NCBI GenBank assembly: GCA_951406725.2 | Contig: OX597828.1 | Span: 17,608,001-17,672,000 of the forward strand | Direction: 5' to 3' | DNA from: Octopus vulgaris | Lineage: Eukaryota | DNA length: 64,000 bases | Shown here: positions 58,438 to 64,000 of the stretch, piece by piece | How the letters are laid out: every line of letters begins with the position of its first letter | How positions within the stretch are numbered: the first letter of the stretch is position 1 | Notes under the pieces: generated by a model | Database searches by the model: none | Told to the model about the DNA's origin: nothing | The model's input: the letters and a program-made list of their open reading frames with translations, nothing else | Position numbers and translations under genes: made by a program

Positions 58438-58838
58438 TTCTTTTATTTGTTTCAGTCATCTGACAGCGGCCATGCTGGAGCACCGTCTTTAGTCGACCAA
58501 ATCGACCGTAGGACTTATTTTTCGTAAGCCTAGTACTTATTCTAACGGTCTATTTTGCAGAACCGGTAAGTTGCAGGGATGTAAACACACCATCTTCGTT
58601 GTCAAGTGATGTTGCGGGGACAAATGCATACACACAAACTCATATATATATATATATATAAATATATGTGTGTGTGTGTATACACACGATAGATCTCTTT
58701 CAGTTTCCACCCACCAAATCATCTCGCAAGGTTTTAGTCAGCCCGAAGCTATAATAGAAGACACTTGTCCCAGGTGCCATGCTGTGGGATTGATGCCGGA
58801 ACCATGTAGCCGGTAAGCAAGCTACTTCCCCCACAGCC
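58438..58838 (-). mobile_element. SINE family A
   Basis: Reverse complement of head to tail. Confidence 0.85.
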
Positions 58839-59152
58839 AAACGTTTCAAAATTTCTTGTAGAGTGAATTGCGTCATGATGCTCTTTTTTTGTTACATACG
58901 CTGCCGAACTGACCCTACAATACAGTGTAGTCAACAAAAAATAACAATGTGCATGCTCAAAATAAATATATATAAAATGGCGATAGTTTACCCATTGCAC
59001 CCTTTATATATACATATAGTACAGAAGAAGAGATTAGCTCAGTTTTGCGTACCATCTAAAATTTCGGGGGTGGAGGTAATTTCGCTATCGAAAGTCTGAT
59101 GCAGTAGACGTGCGCTATGCCCACGAAACTTTAAGTAATACCGAGCACTTAC

Positions 59153-59213
59153 ATATCTGCAAAAGGTGCCGTAATCTTTGTCATGATTGGTGATATAAAA
59201 TATAATGTCCTCT
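59153..59213 (-). CDS. Candidate exon
   Basis: TTCCCATATAG acceptor, TAT|GTAAGT donor; EDIIFYITNHDKDYGTFCRY ends in phase 0, compatible with exon 29089. Confidence 0.4.
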
Positions 59214-59502
59214 CTATATGGGAATGGCAACAAGTAATAGTAAAATAAAGTCGGATAGTGACTCGTGAGATCATGAGAGAGCAACAGAAAAAAGCCTTTT
59301 GTCGGATATGGAGCTGAGCTTTCTACATTGATTTAGTCACCGCTGCTGCCCATGCCTACCGCCACTGTCAGTAGGTGGTAGGTACGGTCGAGTGCTGAAA
59401 CACCCAATGGATTTTAGACATCGTTTGATGACACCAATGCCTCTTGAACAAGGATACTTTTACCAAATAGTAATGAAAGGTAATCCACTTCTTTTCGATA
59501 TA

Positions 59503-59562
<60 letters not shown>

Positions 59563-59615
59563 CATACATACATATATAGATAGATAGATATATAAATATG
59601 TGACTATATATATAA

Positions 59616-59667
<52 letters not shown>

Positions 59668-59802
59668 ATACATATATGTGCGTATGTATGTATATATGCA
59701 TATATATATGTGTATATATGTGACTATATATATATATGTATATATACATATACATATACTTGTATATACATATATATATATGTGTGTGTGTGTATCTATC
59801 TA

Positions 59803-59867
<65 letters not shown>

Positions 59868-60745
59868 ATATATATGTATGTGTATATAAATCACTAACGG
59901 TCGGTGTCGGAACACATTATCTATTATATAAGAACATCAATCTAATAGCCTTCAGCAATGAAACATCCTGCTTGCTGTTTACCCCTGTCACCTTATAGAG
60001 CCATTAACCTAACTGAAAACTTGTATGTACATACATACACATTTATAAGTTTGCTTATTTGCAGCTGATGACCTGCAGTTTACAAACGGAGGTTTTTATT
60101 TTCCCTTGCAGCTTCTGGTTAATATCAAATAAGAAAATAAAATTTCATTTGAAATAACATGCTACACGTTTCTTCCCAAAATGTGAGTAGTAACAGATCT
60201 TATTCAAAGAATATTAATTAATACAGTAATCATGTTAGAACCCTCTATGTTTCCAAATATGGTAATGAACTATATGGAAAAAAAGTGGCATTGAAATACT
60301 TAATGTATAATGTCTAATATTTAGATGATGTGCTCTGAAACATAAATTAGTGATGGAGTAGATATAGTTCCCATATAACTGCATTGATTGTTTGTGAGCC
60401 TTATGCGAAATATGTGGTGCAGTGACACGGGTAGTGTTAGATATTTTGAAAAAGATAAACTTTATAATTAATTCCATCAGCGTTCTGATATTGTTTAGAT
60501 ACAACATATAAAGATAACTAATTGCAGTTGATTTAATCTGCTATATCCAGTGATACATTGGAACTTGTTTATGTCATAATGCAGGATGAGGAGATTCATG
60601 ATTGAGACACAGTCTGTATCGATCGTGGCTATCAAATTTAAAACAACACGCGCCTTCTGTTTCAACAATGAACATTCAGTTGTCCCATCAACCAAATGTT
60701 TTCATCCTCTTAACATAATTTAAAAGCCTTATTAGTGTGACACAG

Positions 60746-60777
<32 letters not shown>

Positions 60778-61302
60778 TGAATTAAAACCGCTCTAGCAGG
60801 CTTCCAAATCATTTCCGTCCACTCGCAAGTTTTGAAGCTTTGGATTAGTACAGAAGCTATGGTAAATGCGGCTACCCGAAAACCCATGCCCTGGGAACGA
60901 ACTTGCTAACAATGAACATTCAGTTGTCCCATCAAATCCAAATGTTTTCATCTTCGTCGTTCAACGAGGAGGAATACATGAATGAATTACCTGCTCCTGA
61001 ATTAACGAGCAAGTGGCTTAGCAATCTGCAGACGAGTGAACTCTTAATGTGATTATAAGATAGGGATTAGAGAGATGCATTGTGCGACAAGGCTGTAACT
61101 TCTGTAGTCAAGATACAATCCACCCGACGGGTTTTTCTGTGTACCCATTTTCCCTTACAAGATGAGGGATTATTATGAAGTAGAATGCCTAGGTTTTCTG
61201 GTAAGACCACAATAATTATTGCAATTCCCACAGGAATTAAAGTATTTAGTTGATTAGCTACTATTTATGGTTCCCCTATTAAATATACTCCCCATGTTAT
61301 GA

Positions 61303-61416
<114 letters not shown>

Positions 61417-61788
61417 TAGATAAAGGAACACTACAATGAACGCCGCGTATCAGTGTTCGAGTTCTGCTATACCATAGGGAACCCCACGGCAGAAAGTCCT
61501 CCATGCATTCCGAGAGACAACCAGATATATCCTCCAAGTTCGACAAGACAGATAACTCCCTATCTATAAAAGCATCCAGGGGAGCATCTCAAAATATCAC
61601 GTCCGGGTTATAAAAAAGATATGTCGTCGGACTTAACTGAAATGTTGTAGCTGCGAAGCAAACACTTGAGTATTTCGGCCATACTGTACCTACAAAGATC
61701 ATTGCATATACGGGAAATTACTTGAAGGTACAAATTAAACACTGGCAACAATAAGTAAACATTAGAAATATAAATATGTCAGTCTTGT

Positions 61789-61961
61789 AGGCGCAGGCGT
61801 GGCTGTGTGGTAAGAAGCTTGCTTACCAAACATATGTGTCCGGGTTCAGTCTCACAGCGTGGCACCTTGAGCAAATCTCTTCTACTGTACCCTCGGGCGA
61901 CCAAAGCCATGTGAGTGGGTTTCGTAGACGGAAGCTGAAAGAAGCCCATCGTATATGTATA

Positions 61962-62019
<58 letters not shown>

Positions 62020-62540
62020 GGAGTAAACACATAAATGTGAAACAAGGTGGAAAAAAGAGTACTCAAATACCAGTGGGAGAGTAATATGCTTTATTTAAAG
62101 CAGCAGAAAATTCAACAAAACCTGTTACTCTGAGTTTCCCGTTGCCGTTCATCGGACAGTTTTTGCTAGCAAAAACTGTCCGATGAACGGCAACGGGAAA
62201 CTCATACCATGAGATGTTGCTACACATCGCTGGTCACAATGCGTTCGCATTGTTTTAGCCTTCGAATGACGCCACCCCGCTAGCTAAGCGAGCAGGCCAA
62301 CAGAAGAAAGAGTGAGAGAAAGAGTGGTGAAGGAGTACAGCAGGGAACCACACCCTGCCGGAGCATCGTGGATCTTTTAGGTGTTTTCCCCCCCGTAACG
62401 TAGCGGTTTGGCAAAGGGATCGATAAAATAAGTACCTAGCTTTAAAATGCATAAATACCGGGGTTGATTCATCAGACTAAACGATTCTTCAACGCAGTCT
62501 CCAACCATGAAAGCAGCCCAATGAATGAAATAAGGAAAAG
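61789..62540 (+). mobile_element. SINE family A split by an HHR palindrome element and a family C fragment
   Basis: Head 61789-61950, tail 62390-62540, family C tail-2 fragment 62205-62388(-). Confidence 0.75.
62018..62204 (-). mobile_element. HHR-like element (family H4) ending in a 74-bp perfect palindrome
   Basis: 62131-62204 is self-complementary around GCT|AGC; motif 62122-62159(-) CTGT-CCGATGA-acg gcaa cgg-GAAA-ctcagaGTA-ACAG. Confidence 0.75.
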
Positions 62541-63103
62541 GTAACAAACATAGTTATTACATAGCTATAGATTTACCTCCCCTTGTGAGACCACAGAGAT
62601 ACTGGGCAACTCAGATTCTGACTAGTTTCGTTGTTCTTATGAACAGAATCTCTTATCTCGCTTTTCCAAGTTGCCGAGCAATTTATATCGAAAAACTATT
62701 TATTAAAATATAAACAAAATTATGAATGGCAAATCTTATTTACATAATGGAACAAGATTGATTACCCGACATTAATTACTAGAGTAATTTATTATATTAG
62801 TTTGTTTCGGTCTGTGTTTGTAATGGTTTGACGTAATTGAAGAGATGAAATACTATATACTCAAAATTTATAATAGACGTAAGAGAATAATTGATTGATG
62901 AACTATGAAACGGAATCGAAGATGCGATCTATTATTTATATCGTTCATAAGACAATTGATTGATAGATTATGAAACAAAATCGAAGACAATATTTTAGAG
63001 ATAGAACATTTATATTATTTATATTATTCACTGAGAAATATATTTTTTACATTTCAATTTGTGTGTGCTTGTGAGCATGTGTGTATGTATATGCATGTGT
63101 GTG

Positions 63104-63171
<68 letters not shown>

Positions 63172-63226
63172 GTCGTGCTCATGACGATTAAATAGGCAGA
63201 AACATGTATATAGACAGTCTTCATAC

Positions 63227-63271
63227 CTCCAAGTAACGAGCCTGTCGTTTTTGTTGATGGCTTTTCAACTT
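63227..63271 (-). CDS. Candidate 45-nt exon
   Basis: TTTCTCTCTCAG acceptor, GAG|GTATGA donor; KLKSHQQKRQARYLE or EVEKPSTKTTGSLLG. Confidence 0.35.
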
Positions 63272-63476
63272 CTGAGAGAGAAACCTTGACTCTTAACATT
63301 ATCTCCTCTTCTCATATACAACTATTCTCAACGGCGATTTGATAATTGTGACGCTTCCTCTAAAGGTGGTGTTAATTTTGATAAATCGAGAATTCGTGTT
63401 GTCTGGTATTTGATATATATGTTTTTGTCTATGTCGCTCAATCTATGACACTAGTCACTCTCCTTCTACTTGACGC

Positions 63477-63518
<42 letters not shown>

Positions 63519-63725
63519 GAAGTTATATGGCTAAATGATTAGAGCGTCGGGCCTTCCCTCGGATAACATTGGTGGAGAAGAGAGGTGAGACTGGTATGTA
63601 CGGGCGACTGCTAGTTTTCCACAAACTTTGTTGCCCGGACTTTTGCTTCAGAGAGGAACTTTTTAGGTACAATTACATAATCAATATATATATATATATA
63701 TATATATATACGCACACACAAACAC

Positions 63726-63769
<44 letters not shown>

Positions 63770-63771
63770 TT

Positions 63772-63811
<40 letters not shown>

Positions 63812-64000
63812 AACAGAATTTTAGAACATTTATAAAGAGGACAAGATGCTAATATATGACCTACGTTGCACTGCTCATCCTTATCATTATTGAACCTGGA
63901 TCTCAACTATAGTCTGTCCATAGCACTTACTCAGCATTTCCTGATAAAGGCTTGAGGGGTTGTACTTTATGTTACTTGTCTTGTTTTCCATTTGTTTCTC

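Noticed and set aside
62888-63035. Short diverged duplication containing TGATGA..GAAAC
   Set aside because: No stem II; likely a local duplication

Overview
AT-rich animal genomic DNA saturated with microsatellites. The SINE and microsatellite landscape suggests a cephalopod such as Octopus (inference). Nearly all ORFs in the track are microsatellite read-throughs. Supported content: (1) many copies of at least four tRNA-derived SINE families, several with target-site duplications (TSDs); (2) decayed DNA transposons (mariner, maT/DD37D-type, piggyBac- and hAT-like MITEs) and LINE fragments; (3) a 5'-truncated Penelope-like element (PLE) with a GIY-YIG endonuclease; (4) candidate exons of an unidentified minus-strand gene. 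The main discovery is several unrelated short non-coding element families carrying minimal type I hammerhead-ribozyme (HHR) motifs. They often occur as head-to-head inverted copies or perfect palindromes and frequently end in (TA)n. One family joins a tRNA-like Pol III head, an (AAT)n spacer and an HHR tail, making it a candidate Penelope-mobilised, ribozyme-bearing SINE. All folds and alignments were done by eye and boundaries are approximate.
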